A DNA stretch of 64,000 nt from an uncultured Planctomycetaceae bacterium. Lineage in GTDB: Bacteria > Planctomycetota > Planctomycetia > Pirellulales > PALSA-1355. The stretch covers positions 32,001-96,000 of the forward strand of contig CAWAUV010000005.1 of assembly GCA_963785305.1 (NCBI GenBank), in the 5' to 3' direction. This document shows positions 53,904 to 64,000 of the stretch, piece after piece. Every line of letters starts with the position of its first letter. Position 1 is the first letter of the stretch. Below the pieces are notes generated by a model. The model made no database searches. It was not told where the DNA came from and saw only the letters and a list, made by a program, of their open reading frames with translations. The position numbers were made by a program, and so were the translations under genes.

Positions 53904-54190
53904 CGCGGCTTTTGTCGCGAGCGGAGCATCCACGCCAGCACGAGGGCCGGCGCCACGAAGAAGATCAATTTCGGCCGCCACACCACCACGGCCAACGCTC
54001 CGCCGATGGTGTAAAACATCCACCGCGGCAGCAAGCGCAGTTGCGGCAGCGCCAGCCAGAGCAGCGCCAAGATGAACGCCACGCGCCAGCACCCATCGCG
54101 CAGCGCCGTCGACTGCGGCGCATACACGGCGACAACCGCTCCCAAGACAAGAAGCCCGAGCGCAAGACCTCCCAGAGTCGGCCGGTGCAT
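53900..54190 (-). CDS. Small membrane protein
   Basis: MHRPTLGGLALGLLVLG...WLALPQL...VVVWRPKLIFF; several hydrophobic segments. Confidence 0.7.
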   Translation of the reverse strand: MHRPTLGGLALGLLVLGAVVAVYAPQSTALRDGCWRVAFILALLWLALPQLRLLPRWMFYTIGGALAVVVWRPKLIFFVAPALVLAWMLRSRQKPR

Positions 54191-54336
54191 GATCGTCTGA
54201 TAATCTCGACGGACCGTGGCGTAAATGAAATCGAACGCGCGATCGAGGAACTGCGCGGTCCGATTGTAGCTGGCCCGCGAGACGATTGGGGGGCGAGCGG
54301 CCAAGCGCGGCGAAATTTATTTTCGCCCTCGGCCTT

Positions 54337-54365
54337 TTGACAAACTCGGCAATCGCGACTAGACT
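54337..54365 (+). promoter_or_regulatory. Sigma-70 promoter upstream of cobalamin riboswitch
   Basis: TTGACA (54337-54342), 17-nt spacer, TAGACT (54360-54365). Confidence 0.75.
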
Positions 54366-54371
54366 TTCGGA

Positions 54372-54656
54372 CTAACGGTGCGTTGGTGGTCGGCCGATCG
54401 ATGCTTCGATCGGCCGACGCAACAGGGAACTCCGGTGCAATTCCGGGACGGCCCCGCCCGCTGTAACCGAGCTTTTTAACGAGAGCGTTCCTTCCAGGTA
54501 AGCCATTTTCGTCCGAGTTTTTCGCCCGAACTTTACAGGATTTCGGTCCTGCCAAGCCCGGCGAATTCGCGGCGATGAGAAGGCATCGAACGTCTCGGCT
54601 CGGGAGTCAGAAGACCTACCAACGCAATGACTGTCGCGCCCTGCGAGGGATAGGGC
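54372..54656 (+). ncRNA. Cobalamin riboswitch
   Basis: In order: CGGT, long P2 hairpin (GTCGGCCGATCGA/TCGATCGGCCGAC), AACAGGGAA, CCGGTGCAATTCCGG T-loop hairpin, ACGGCCCCGCCCGCTGTAA, AGCCAT...GAGAAGGC, B12 box AGTCAGAAGACCTACC (54605-54620), and downstream hairpin GCCCT-GCGAGGGAT-AGGGC able to kiss the C-rich L5. Confidence 0.92.
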
Positions 54657-54865
54657 TCGGCTGCGCGAAGCATTTTTGCCCGAGAAACGCTAATCGTCCA
54701 TCGCGAGTGAAAGCTCCGCGGCTCGTGAGCGCCGACGCCATTGCGCGTTTGGCGAGCACGCCAGCCCCCGGCTTGATCTCCATGCTCGCGGTGGCTCGAC
54801 ATGCGCTCGCTCGGTGGTTGGCCATGATCGCTGCCTATCAAGCTCGATGCCGCGAAACGCGCTGG

Positions 54866-55654
54866 ATGCCGCGCGGCTCGCGGCTCGCATTCACGCTCGT
54901 CGAGCTGCTGGTCGTGATTGCGATTATTGGGCTGCTGATCGCGCTGCTCTTGCCGGCGGTGCAGGCGGCGCGTGAATCGGCCCGGCGCACCGCGTGTGGC
55001 GGCAATCTGCGGCAGATCGGCTTGGCGCTGCACAATTATCACGACGTCGTCGGCAGCTTTCCGCCAGGCTGCGTCGACAAGGGCGGCGTGCAGTTGGCGT
55101 GGTCGCTGTTTTTGCTGCCGTTTCTCGAAGAGCAAAACACGCGGCAGCTTTTCAATCCGAACTACGCCTACGACGACCCACGCAATCAGCCCGCGACTTG
55201 CACGGCGATCCAAGTGTATCTCTGTCCCTCGACCGTGCGCCTCACCACCGATCGCCACGATTGCTACACGACCAACCAACGCGCCTGCGCCGACTACGGC
55301 GGCATGTATGGCGCCGGTTACTACAGCCCCGGCGCCAACGGCGTGATGCTCTACAACACGGCGATTCGCATTCGCGACATCACCGACGGCCTGACCCACA
55401 CGATCGTCGTGGCCGAGGACACCGGCCGCGGCGACTCGCTCGATGGCGAATGGGCCGATGGCGAAAACATCTTCGACCAGACCCAAATGGTCAACTTCAT
55501 GCAAGACAACGAAATCTGGAGCGATCATCCGACCGGCGCCCAGGCGCTGTTCGGCGACGCCAGCGTGCGATTTTTAAGCGCGGAGTTGCCGACTTCGCTG
55601 CTTTCGCCCTTGTGTACTCGAGCACTGGCCGACAGCGCGCCCGAGGATTTTTGA
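54866..55654 (+). CDS. DUF1559 prepilin-like (type IV pilin N-terminal / H-X9-DG) protein
   Basis: [75 protein letters not shown]; start could be slightly upstream (54782/54823). Confidence 0.93.
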   Translation: MPRGSRLAFTLVELLVVIAIIGLLIALLLPAVQAARESARRTACGGNLRQIGLALHNYHDVVGSFPPGCVDKGGVQLAWSLFLLPFLEEQNTRQLFNPNYAYDDPRNQPATCTAIQVYLCPSTVRLTTDRHDCYTTNQRACADYGGMYGAGYYSPGANGVMLYNTAIRIRDITDGLTHTIVVAEDTGRGDSLDGEWADGENIFDQTQMVNFMQDNEIWSDHPTGAQALFGDASVRFLSAELPTSLLSPLCTRALADSAPEDF

Positions 55655-55755
55655 AAGTTGATTTTCTGGCCCCGAGGTCTTGCAACGCAATGCTCGATCG
55701 AATCGCAAAAACACAACCCGCGATCTTTCATGCTTATTCCGACGGAAACCACGAC

Positions 55756-57078
55756 ATGACCGCTTGGCGCTATTTTGATTCCTCGATCACGACGCTTTCG
55801 ACCCGCCGACCCAAGGCGAAGCATTGCCAGTCTTTGCTGGACCATGTGCTCGGGCCCCTCGCGTGCCTCGCGGCTTTGCTCGGCCCCAGCGCCATGGCCG
55901 CCGCGCAAACCACGCTCTCCACGCCGGGCTTCAATGTCCAAAGCATTCCGGCCGCGACCAACGGCACGGATTCGAGCGGAGCGCCGCTCACGGCGCCGGC
56001 GGCGGTGGTCTATGGAAACGGCTCGCTCTATTCGGTTCCAGGCCCGAACTACAACATTTCCGATTACCCCGCGTCGTTCAACGAAGTCAACGTCTACACC
56101 GGCTCGGCAAGCAATCCTTGGAGCACGATCTCGCTGCAAAACACGAACGGCTTCACCGGCTTTGTCGGGCCGAGCGGCGCCGCATGGAACCCGGTAACGA
56201 ATTCGCTCTTGGTCGTCGACGACAATTTCAACACCAACACCGGCGCCGTCTATTCGGTGAATGTCGCGCCCGGCGTCAACCAAGGCGCGGTGTCGACCGT
56301 GGCCACGTTTCCGAATGATCCCTATTTGCAGCAAGTGACGGTGCAACCGGTGACCGGCAACGTGTTCGTCACCGACGCCAACAGTTCAAGCCCCGCCGGA
56401 ATCTATGCAATCTCCGGCAGCTCCGGCGCCGTGTCGGGCCCCCTCGTGACTTCGAGCGCCGATGGCTTGGCGGGTGTCGCGGTGCAAACTTCGGGCAGCA
56501 CGAGCACGCTCGTCTATCAAGATGTCACCTACAATTATTCCGGCGGCGTGCCCTCGGCCAATGTCATGTCGGCCACGCTCGCCAGCACCAATACCGCGAT
56601 CGTCGGCAGCCCCAGCACGGCGCCCGGCGGAACCGGCGTGGCCAGTTACGATCTGGCGGTGTCGAGCGATAACAAAACCTATGTGACCGGCAGCGTCGTC
56701 GGCCCAAACGATTCGAGCGGCAACTCGACTTATTACTACGGCCTCTTTCAATTGGGGCAAACATCGAACGCCTACGGTTCGATCTTCGCCTATCAAACGG
56801 GCAGCCCGTACGACGCCGCCGAGAGCCTCGCCTATCTGCCGGGCAGCGCGGCGTTTGGCCCCTATGCCGGCGCCAGTGGCGGCCAAATGGCGTTTGTCCT
56901 TTCCGACGGAAGCGGCTCGAGTGGCGCCGCCGGAACTTATGTGTACCTTGTAACGCCCGTGCCCGAGCCATCGACGCTTGTGCTGCTCGCGGTCGGCGCG
57001 ATCGGCTTTTTGGCCGCTCTCCGCGGGCGCCATCGCCAGCCGGCCGTGGGGCTGGTCGTGGACAAGGCCGTGGGCTAG
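55756..57078 (+). CDS. PEP-CTERM surface protein, Ser/Thr/Gly/Asn-rich, probable beta-propeller
   Basis: Signal-like LACLAALLGPSAMAAAQ; blade-like repeats (PSGAAWNPVTNSLLVVD, QQVTVQPVTGNVFVTD, YDLAVSSDNKTYVTG); C-terminal VPEPSTLVLLAVGAIGFLAALRGRHR. Confidence 0.88.
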   Translation: MTAWRYFDSSITTLSTRRPKAKHCQSLLDHVLGPLACLAALLGPSAMAAAQTTLSTPGFNVQSIPAATNGTDSSGAPLTAPAAVVYGNGSLYSVPGPNYNISDYPASFNEVNVYTGSASNPWSTISLQNTNGFTGFVGPSGAAWNPVTNSLLVVDDNFNTNTGAVYSVNVAPGVNQGAVSTVATFPNDPYLQQVTVQPVTGNVFVTDANSSSPAGIYAISGSSGAVSGPLVTSSADGLAGVAVQTSGSTSTLVYQDVTYNYSGGVPSANVMSATLASTNTAIVGSPSTAPGGTGVASYDLAVSSDNKTYVTGSVVGPNDSSGNSTYYYGLFQLGQTSNAYGSIFAYQTGSPYDAAESLAYLPGSAAFGPYAGASGGQMAFVLSDGSGSSGAAGTYVYLVTPVPEPSTLVLLAVGAIGFLAALRGRHRQPAVGLVVDKAVG

Positions 57079-57112
57079 TCGGTCAACTCGAGCGCTTGCT
57101 AGAATTGTCGGC

Positions 57113-57941
57113 ATGCAGTCGCCCGAATCATCGTCGCCCGCGCATCAGCACAATCGCCGCGCTTGGGATGCAATGGTTCAAAAGCGGCAGCGGTTCACGC
57201 AGCCGGCGCCCGACGCGGATTTCGAACACCCGCTCGCCGCGGTCGATGCCCAAGGTTGGCTCGGCGGCGATATCACCGGTTGGCGAGTGCTGTGCCTCGC
57301 GGCCGGCGGCGGAAAGCACGGCCCGCTCTATGCCGCGGCCGGCGCGCGTGACCGTGGTCGATATTAGCTCCGCGATGTTGGCGCTCGATCGCCAAGTGGC
57401 CGGCGAACGCGGACTCGCGCTGCGCACCGTCGAAGCCTCGATGGACGATCTCGCCGCGCTCGGCGACGCGACGTTTGACCTCGTGATCCATCCCGTGAGC
57501 ACCTGCTATGTGCCCGATGTGTCGGCGGTCTATCGCGAAGTGGCGCGAGTGCTCACCGGCGGTGGGCTCTATGTGAGCCAACACAAACAGCCGGCCAGTT
57601 TGCAAGCCGGCGTCGCGCCATCGGCGCGGGGTTATGAGCTCACCGAGCCTTACTATCGTGGCGGCCCGCTGCCGGCGGTGATCGGCAGCCCCCATCGCGA
57701 GCCGGGCACGCTCGAATTCTTGCATCGCTGGGAAGAACTGCTGGGCGGTCTTTGCCGCGCGGGCTTCGTGCTTGAAGACCTGATCGAGCCGCTGCACGCC
57801 GCGCCCGACGCGGCGATCGCCAGCTTTCCCCACCGCAGCCTGTTCGTCGCGCCCTATGTGCGGCTCAAGGCGCGGCGAACGGGCGCGGCGCTGCCCGAGG
57901 CGGCGCGAGAAAAATCACGGGTATGGCTGCCGCCTAGCTAG
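57113..57941 (+). CDS. Class I SAM-dependent methyltransferase (frameshift near 57345)
   Basis: HNRRAWD, VLCLAAGGGKHG, VTVVDIS, FDLVIHPVSTCYVPD, EVARVL..GG; TGCTAGAAT -10-like element just upstream. Confidence 0.85.
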
Positions 57942-58177
57942 CAAGGGGCGACGCTAGCAGTCATTTCGAGCGTGAAAGATCGGCGCCCGGCGAGTTCGCG
58001 CGCGACGAAGCACGCATTCTTCCGCCGCGCTGGCATGCACGCCGCGCTTTTTCGAGATTGTGTCGCTCGCGGGTCCGCGGCTACAACGTGCTACCATCGG
58101 CCCCGGAGCGGGCTGCTTGCGGCCGGACGCCGCTCGATAAATTGTCGCGACCAGCACTGCACATGCGGAGGTGTCTC

Positions 58178-59291
58178 ATGATTCGCTCGATGCGTTGTTC
58201 AACGTCCGGCCTCGATTCGAGGCGAGTGTTCACGGTCGGGCTCGCGCTGGCCGTGTTTGCCGTGTTCGGGGCCGAGGCTCGCTGCGCGGCCGCCCAGGCG
58301 CCGGCCGAAACCGTAATCGAAGCCGATCAGACTCTGGCCGAGATCATGGCGATTCCGGCCAAGGCGATTCCCGAGCGTCTGCTCTCCGAAGCTCGCGGCG
58401 TGGCGATTATTCCGAACGTGATCAAGATCGGATTCATCGCCGGCGCGGCGCGGACATGGCGTGGTGATGGTGCGCGACAATGAAGGCCAATGGAGCCTGC
58501 CACAGTTCGTCACGCTCACCGGCGGCAGCGTCGGCTGGCAAGCCGGAGTCGAGGCGAGCGATGTGGTGCTGGTGTTCACCACGCAAAAAGGCGTGCAAAA
58601 TCTGCTGCATGGGCAGTTCACGATCGGCGCCGATATCGCGGCCGCCGCGGGCCCGATCGGTCGCAACGCCGCCGCCGCCACCGATGGCCAACTCAAAGCC
58701 GAGATTCTTTCCTATTCACGCAGTCGCGGACTATTCCTGGGCGTCTCGCTCGATGGCTCGGCGATCGAGATCGACGAAGCCGCGCACGATGCGTTTTATG
58801 GCTCGCCGAGCTCGCAAATTCCGCGACAAGTGCCGCAACCGGCGCTCCAACTGCGGCAAGACCTAATGAGCCTCGCGCCCACGCCGCTCGTCGCCGCCCC
58901 AGTGGCCGCGGCGGCGATCGCCGCGCCGCTCCCGGACTCGGCCGCTCCGGCGATCGCCGCGCCCGCTCATGGTCCCAATCCGGCCCGGCTCCTCGCGCTG
59001 CGGGCCGCGCTCGACAAGAACTCGCGGGCCCTGATGGCGATCGTGCCGAGCCAGTGGCAGCAATACCTGGCGCTACCCAAACCGGTGTACGACGTGAGCC
59101 AACAGCCCGAACTGCCGCCGCTCACCACGGCGCTGTCGCATTACGACGCCATTGCCAAGAGCGCCGATTACAAACAGCTCGCCGCGCGTCCAGAGTTCCA
59201 GAGCACGCATGAGACGCTGCGAGCCTTTGTCGACGAACTCTCGCTCGGCGCGAACACAACCCTGGCCCTGCCGCCGCCGCCGCAAGGGTGA
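58178..59291 (+). CDS. Lipid-binding SYLF/Ysc84 domain secreted protein (frameshift near 58450)
   Basis: Signal peptide; IP..LL..ARGVAIIPNVIKIGF, GGSVGWQAGVEASDVVLVF, AAAGPIGR, AEILSYSRSRGLFLGVSLDG. Confidence 0.88.
59070..59283 (+). repeat. 214-bp direct repeat, copy 1 (3' end of SYLF gene)
   Basis: Matches 62883-63096 with about 8 substitutions. Confidence 0.93.
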
Positions 59292-59381
59292 GGATCGCCC
59301 GCGGTGAAACTTCCCATTTGCGCGCTGCGCGGCAACGGCAAACCCCGGGGCGCCGCGTCGACGCTGCATGAACCGCGGCTT

Positions 59382-62300
59382 TTACCAGCGGTAGAGGAAG
59401 CCACCGGCGCCGAAGACGGCCGTGCTATAGGCCGAGACTTGCGAGTTCACCGAGCCGTAGAGGCTGGCGCGCTCGCTGAGGTAGGCGTTTGTGCCCAAGG
59501 TGAACAGGCCGAAGTCGCGGCCGAGGTAATTGCCGGCGGTGGCGAAGGTCGTGGTTGGCGCCCCGGAGAACGACGACGAGATCACGTCCGTGCCGGTTCC
59601 CCACTCGCGTTGATAGACCGCCGAAGCCACCGGAATCGTCCGCACGCCGCGCCAATTCACTTCGCGATAGACGCGCCCGCCGAAGTTGCCACGCACGCTA
59701 TTCACATACTGGGAGCTGGTCGTGAGGTTCAGGCTGCCGGCGCCGGTTTCGGTGTAGCCGCCTTGATCGAGATAGATGTATTGCAGGCCCATCAGCGGCT
59801 GGAGTCGGGTGGCGCCGCGGCCGAGCGTGTAGCCGCATTCGGTGTAGTGGGCCCACTGGTTGCCGGAGCTGGCGCCGGTGGCGGTGCGCGAGATGCCGCC
59901 GAACTGGATGTCTCGAGTCACCTGATATGTGTTGTTGCTGTAGGCGTCGATGTTCGTCAGGTAGAGGCGGTCGCGACGATGCATTTCGTAGAGGCCCACT
60001 TGGTAGCTGCTGATCGTGGCATGCGAATTCACAAGTTGATCGCCCACCGATGTGCCGGCATAGCCGCCGAAGCCGCCCACGACCGTGTTCGCATCGAGCC
60101 AGCGGTCGACGCCGAACAACGTGCCGCCGAGTCCGTAGCCCGTGCCGCCGGCATTGCCGTTGCCGTTGATGTTGCCCCGTAGGCCATAGCCTTGCGTCCA
60201 GCCGGTCCACGCCGGGCCGGGCGCCCGACGGAAGACAATCCGCGGCTGAACCACGGGTCGCCCCGCCGCCTGCTGAAACGAGACAAGCTGCACATCGGCT
60301 TGCATCGTGCCCGGCTCCTGATAGCCGGCGCCGCCTTGGCTGGCGCCCATCGCCATCGGCGACGAGGGCGCCACCGTGCTCGCCGGGCTCAATTGAGCGA
60401 CCAGCCGGTTGTTGATGAGTTGCAGCGAGTCGGTCGTGTTTTCGAGTAGGATGTTCGACAGACTCGGATAAATATCGCCGGCCAACTGGTTCATGGCGCC
60501 GGGCAGTTGTCCCGGGGAAAGCGCCTCCAAGGCCGTCATTACCGTGGAATAGTCGCCCGAAGCGGAGCCGCTCGTGGCGTCGAGTGTCGCGCCGACCTGG
60601 AATTGATTGGAGGTTTGCGCGGCCGAGGCGAAGTTCGTGCCCGACCTGCCAACGAGAAGGATGACTTCATCGGGCATGTATTCGAGCGAGAAGGCGAGTC
60701 CCGAGCCGAGTGAGGGAAGGTTCAAGATCGAGTACGTGCCGCTAACGCCGCCTGAGGCGTCGAGCACGACATAGCTATGGCCCGCGGTATACGTGCCCGG
60801 ATCGAGGACCACGTTGAAAGTCGCGCCGCTCTGGATCGTGGCATGGCCGTTGACGATGATTTCGTCGCTGGCGGTCGGGCTGACCTCGGCCGAGTAGGCC
60901 GAGCCGGTGCTTTGTGTAAAGGGGCCGCTCACGGTTAGCGGGGCGCCGACGGTTCCGGGATAGATCGTGCCTCCGCTCTGCACGGTGGTGGCGCCAACGG
61001 TTCCGGTTCCCATGAGCGTGCCGCCGCTATCGACCGTCATTGTGCCGGCGAGGTTGTTGTCGACAACTAAAGTGCCGCCGCCGACTGTCGTCGCGCCGGA
61101 ATAGGCGCTGGCGCCATCGAGCACGAGGGTTCCCTGGCCGGTCTTGTCGATCACGACTCCGGCGTTGGTCGTGCCGTCGTTGTTGCCGATGGGCGGTGTG
61201 AAGGTGAGTGTCTGACCCGAGGCGATGTCGAAGTTGGTGGTCGTGCCCTTCATCAGGAAGAGATCGTTGCCGTTGGCCGATCCGTTTCCGCCGCTTCCGG
61301 CGCCGGAACCGGCCGTGACGGTGTTGCCGGAGAAGTTCACGGAGTTGATGACGGTGATCGTGGCGCCATCGGCGGCGAACACAGCGCCACCAAAAGCCGC
61401 GCCGCCGCCGCCGCCCGAGCTGCTGCCATTGCCGCCGCCGAAGCCGCCGGTCCCGCCACTGCCGCCGAAAGCACCGCCGCCGCCGCCGCCGAATCCGCCG
61501 GCGCCGCCTTGACTATCGCCATTGCCGCCGCCGCCGCCAAAGCCTCCGGCGCCGCCGGTGGAGGCGCTTCCGCCGCCGCCGCCAAAATTCCCGCCATTGC
61601 CACCTTCTTGCGCGCCGCCACCGCCGCCACCGAACAAGCCGCCGGCCCCGCCGTGGGCTGAGCCGAAGCTGAAGCCCGAGCCTCCTCCGCCGCCGCCCGT
61701 GGCGCCATTACTTCCGCTTGCGTTGTTGTTTCCTCCGGCGCCGCCTTGCGATCCACCGCCGGCTCCGCCGGTATTGCCGGAGCCGTTGGAACCATTGGCG
61801 GTTTGTCCGCCGCCGCCGCCGCCAGCTTCGTTTGATGGATTGTTGCCGGTGGCGCCGTTTCCGCCGTTTCCTAGCTCGCCGCCGCCGCCGCCGCTGCCGG
61901 AAAAAACGAGCGACTGGACGTGTCCGCCGTTTCCGTAGAGACCGCCGCCGCCGCCGCCGCTGATGTCGAACGTGCCCGATCCGCCGTTGCCGCCCAATCC
62001 GCCGCCGCCGGCTTCCGATGTGTTTGATCCATTGCCACCAACCGCGGCGTTGTTCGAGAAGGTGACGTTTTGGACCGACAAATGCGCGGCGGAATCGACG
62101 AACACGGCCGCCCCGGCGCCGAGACCGCCACCGCCGCCATTGCCGCCATGGGCTTACGCGTTGGAAATCGTAAGGTTCTCAAGCGAGACATTGCCGCTTT
62201 CGATAAAAAACGGCCGATAGGCGCCGGCGCCGTTGATCGTGTAGCCATTGCCGGCGACGGTGATGTTTCCCGTCGACACGATCGCCAGCGCTTGTTGGCT

Positions 62301-62526
62301 CATCGTGACATTCGCAGTGAGATTCAGCGTGTAGTTGCCGGTCGGGTTGTTGTCGATCGTATTGATGGCATTGTAGAAGTCGGTCGAGTTGCCGACGTTG
62401 ATTATCGTCTGAGCGCGAGCCGTCGTACCCAGGGCGAAGGCGCCCAAGAGAATAGCGCACGCGGCGACTAGGACATGTAGAAAAGATCGGCGCGCACGGC
62501 CCGACGGCCATACGCCTCGGGTTCAC
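59382..62526 (-). CDS. Autotransporter with glycine-rich (PE_PGRS-like) passenger (frameshift near 62150; start approximate)
   Basis: Signal-like RRSFLHVLVAACAILLGAFALGTTARA; GGxGG repeats; autotransporter-associated repeat KTGQGTLVLDGASAYSGATTVGGGTL; beta-barrel (GWTQGYG, YTETGAGSLNL) ending GAGGFLYRW. Confidence 0.88.
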
Positions 62527-62882
62527 GAGAAGCTTCCGGTTTATGCGTATGCAGCCCCACGGGCCGCCTGAGCTCCGAGCGATGTGCTTCCATGCCGATT
62601 CATGCGGGTTAGCGATAGGGCGCCGGCGCTCGGATCCTCCGACGCCTTGCGTGCCGCAGTGTCTTCCAGCAAGATTCGGCCTCGCTCGGTCGATAAAATG
62701 AACCTCCCACGCACAGCCGTTATTGGCCCTAGAACGCGCACAAATTATCGCGCGGGCGGAGCCAGCATATAACGAATAGGCAAACTCCGCGGGGGCCACG
62801 CGGCGCTCGAGACAGTCCGGCGGCGCCGCGATCGCGAGCATGCGCAATCGCGAGCATGCGCTTCGCCGCGCCAGCGGGCTCA

Positions 62883-63107
62883 GCGCTGCCGAAACCGGTG
62901 TACGACGTGAGCCAACAGCCCGAACTGCCGCCGCTCGCGACGGCGCTGTCGCATTACGACGCCATTGCCAAGAGCGCCGATTACAAACAGCTCGCCGCGC
63001 GGCCGGAGTTCCAGAGCACATATGAGACGCTGCGAGCCTTTGTCGACGAACTCTCGCTCGGCGCGAACACAACCCTGGCCCTGCCGCCGCCGCCGCCGGG
63101 AGGTTGA
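62883..63107 (+). pseudogene. Orphan duplicate of SYLF gene 3' end (direct repeat copy 2)
   Basis: Encodes ALPKPVYDVSQQPELPPLATALSHYDAIAKSADYKQLAARPEFQSTYETLRAFVDELSLGANTTLALPPPPPGG-stop, nearly identical to the SYLF C-terminus, with no upstream part. Confidence 0.88.
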
Positions 63108-63351
63108 ATCAGCCGCAACGCCGTCGCCGCCGCGAGGTCGTTGCGCGGCCGCGCCGTTGTCGTCGGTGGCACACGCGTTGGTGGGCGCATCGTCGAACGA
63201 GGAGAGTCCGTCGGCGCCGGTTTCGCTTAACCGTTCTTTTGAAGTCGATGTATTGCCAGCCTCGGAGCGACCGAGGGGGGCAACATCCTTCGATCGCGAA
63301 TTTCAAGAGTCGCGCGAGTTCATTCGCCTGCCTGAAAATACTCGGCAAGCA

Positions 63352-64000
63352 TCATGGCGCCGACCGCCGCCGAGCCGCTTCGAAAGCGTCGCTGCTCGCC
63401 GTAAGCCAGCCGAGCGTGAAGCGCGCGAAAACAATGCGGCGGGCGCCATCGGCTTCGTAAAGGCAACCGAGCGAGCCATCGGGTAGCGCGACTAGGCAGG
63501 AATAGCCAAAGCTTCCGGGGCAAAGCACGCGCTTCGTCGGCCAAGTGGCCCCTTCGTCGTAGCTGACGAAGATGGCGCCATTTTCCCGCCGCGCGCTCTG
63601 GGGACCGGAATACAAAAGCCGACTCTTCCGTCCGTCGGTCGGGTCGGTGTAGCGGAGCACGGAGCCCATGCAGCTTGGGTCCATGAGTTCGGCGATGTCC
63701 TCGACCTTCGACCACGTGGCGCCGCCGTCGTGACTTACGCTGGTCTTTCGCAGTGGTTTTCCCGACCAGCGGCGGACATTGAATCGAATCTCGCCATCCT
63801 CGAGTTCGACGAATTGCGCTTCGTTCACCGTGCTCGCCGGTTTGCCTTGCTTGGTGTCGGCCAGCCCGCCCGGCGCTACTTCGCCCATGTTCCATGTCTC
63901 GCCGCCATCGTCGCTCCATACCGCGTAAATGTTCCATGCGCCGTATGGGCCCTCGTTCAGCGGAAACAGAATCCGGCCGGCATGTGGGCCGTGACGAAGC
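63352..64000 (-). CDS. Sialidase/neuraminidase (BNR Asp-box) family protein, 5' part outside window
   Basis: Asp boxes SDDGGETW, SHDGGATW, SYDEGATW; NEAQFVEL.DG, FGYSCL, GCLYE. Confidence 0.88.
   Translation of the reverse strand, partial: LRHGPHAGRILFPLNEGPYGAWNIYAVWSDDGGETWNMGEVAPGGLADTKQGKPASTVNEAQFVELEDGEIRFNVRRWSGKPLRKTSVSHDGGATWSKVEDIAELMDPSCMGSVLRYTDPTDGRKSRLLYSGPQSARRENGAIFVSYDEGATWPTKRVLCPGSFGYSCLVALPDGSLGCLYEADGARRIVFARFTLGWLTASSDAFEAARRRSAP

Noticed and set aside
57113..57941. Methyltransferase as part of the B12-riboswitch operon
   Set aside because: It has its own TGCTAGAAT -10-like element just upstream and no B12-related motif; co-regulation is unsupported, though not excluded.
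61400..62150. GCC/CCG-rich low-complexity tract and Pro-rich plus-strand ORFs as separate features
   Set aside because: They are the antisense shadow of the Gly-rich autotransporter passenger.
59070..63096. 214-bp repeat pair as a diversity-generating retroelement TR/VR
   Set aside because: Differences are not restricted to adenines, are mostly synonymous, and no reverse transcriptase is present in the window.
135..63937. Numerous long Arg/Ala/Pro-rich alternative-frame ORFs in the track (e.g. 152..952, 10305..11423, 21174..22586, 30285..32030)
   Set aside because: They overlap well-supported genes on the opposite strand or in other frames, as expected in high-GC DNA, and show no recognisable domains.

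Overview
GC-rich bacterial DNA that looks like Planctomycetota, probably Pirellulales-like. The evidence is a planctomycete-type multi-HTH sigma-70, a DUF1552/DUF1592 pair, a DUF1559 prepilin-like protein, a PEP-CTERM protein and a sulfatase. Single-base indels break many genes, including asnS and trxB, so most frameshifts and apparent fusions are treated as sequencing or assembly errors. The left half holds housekeeping and accessory genes: sigma factor, pseudopilin, kdpE-like regulator, sulfatase, OleA-like thiolase, C26 hydrolase, AnmK-like kinase, amidase, a MacAB-like exporter, a FHA-rsgA-hflX-SDR-trxB-asnS-tadA run, a radical SAM protein and an aminotransferase IV. The right half has four notable parts. 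(1) An ~18 kb group 1h ('high-affinity', atmospheric H2-type) [NiFe]-hydrogenase locus with hypA-F, a NikMN-like nickel component and a 36-aa small gene; an IS66 element with an 8-bp target duplication is inserted in it. (2) A sigma-70 promoter and cobalamin riboswitch preceding a DUF1559 pilin-like gene and a PEP-CTERM beta-propeller-like gene, a candidate non-canonical B12 capture system. (3) A glycine-rich autotransporter cassette bracketed by a 214-bp duplication of a gene 3' end. (4) A sialidase cut by the window edge. All family assignments come from motif recognition by eye; no database searches were run.
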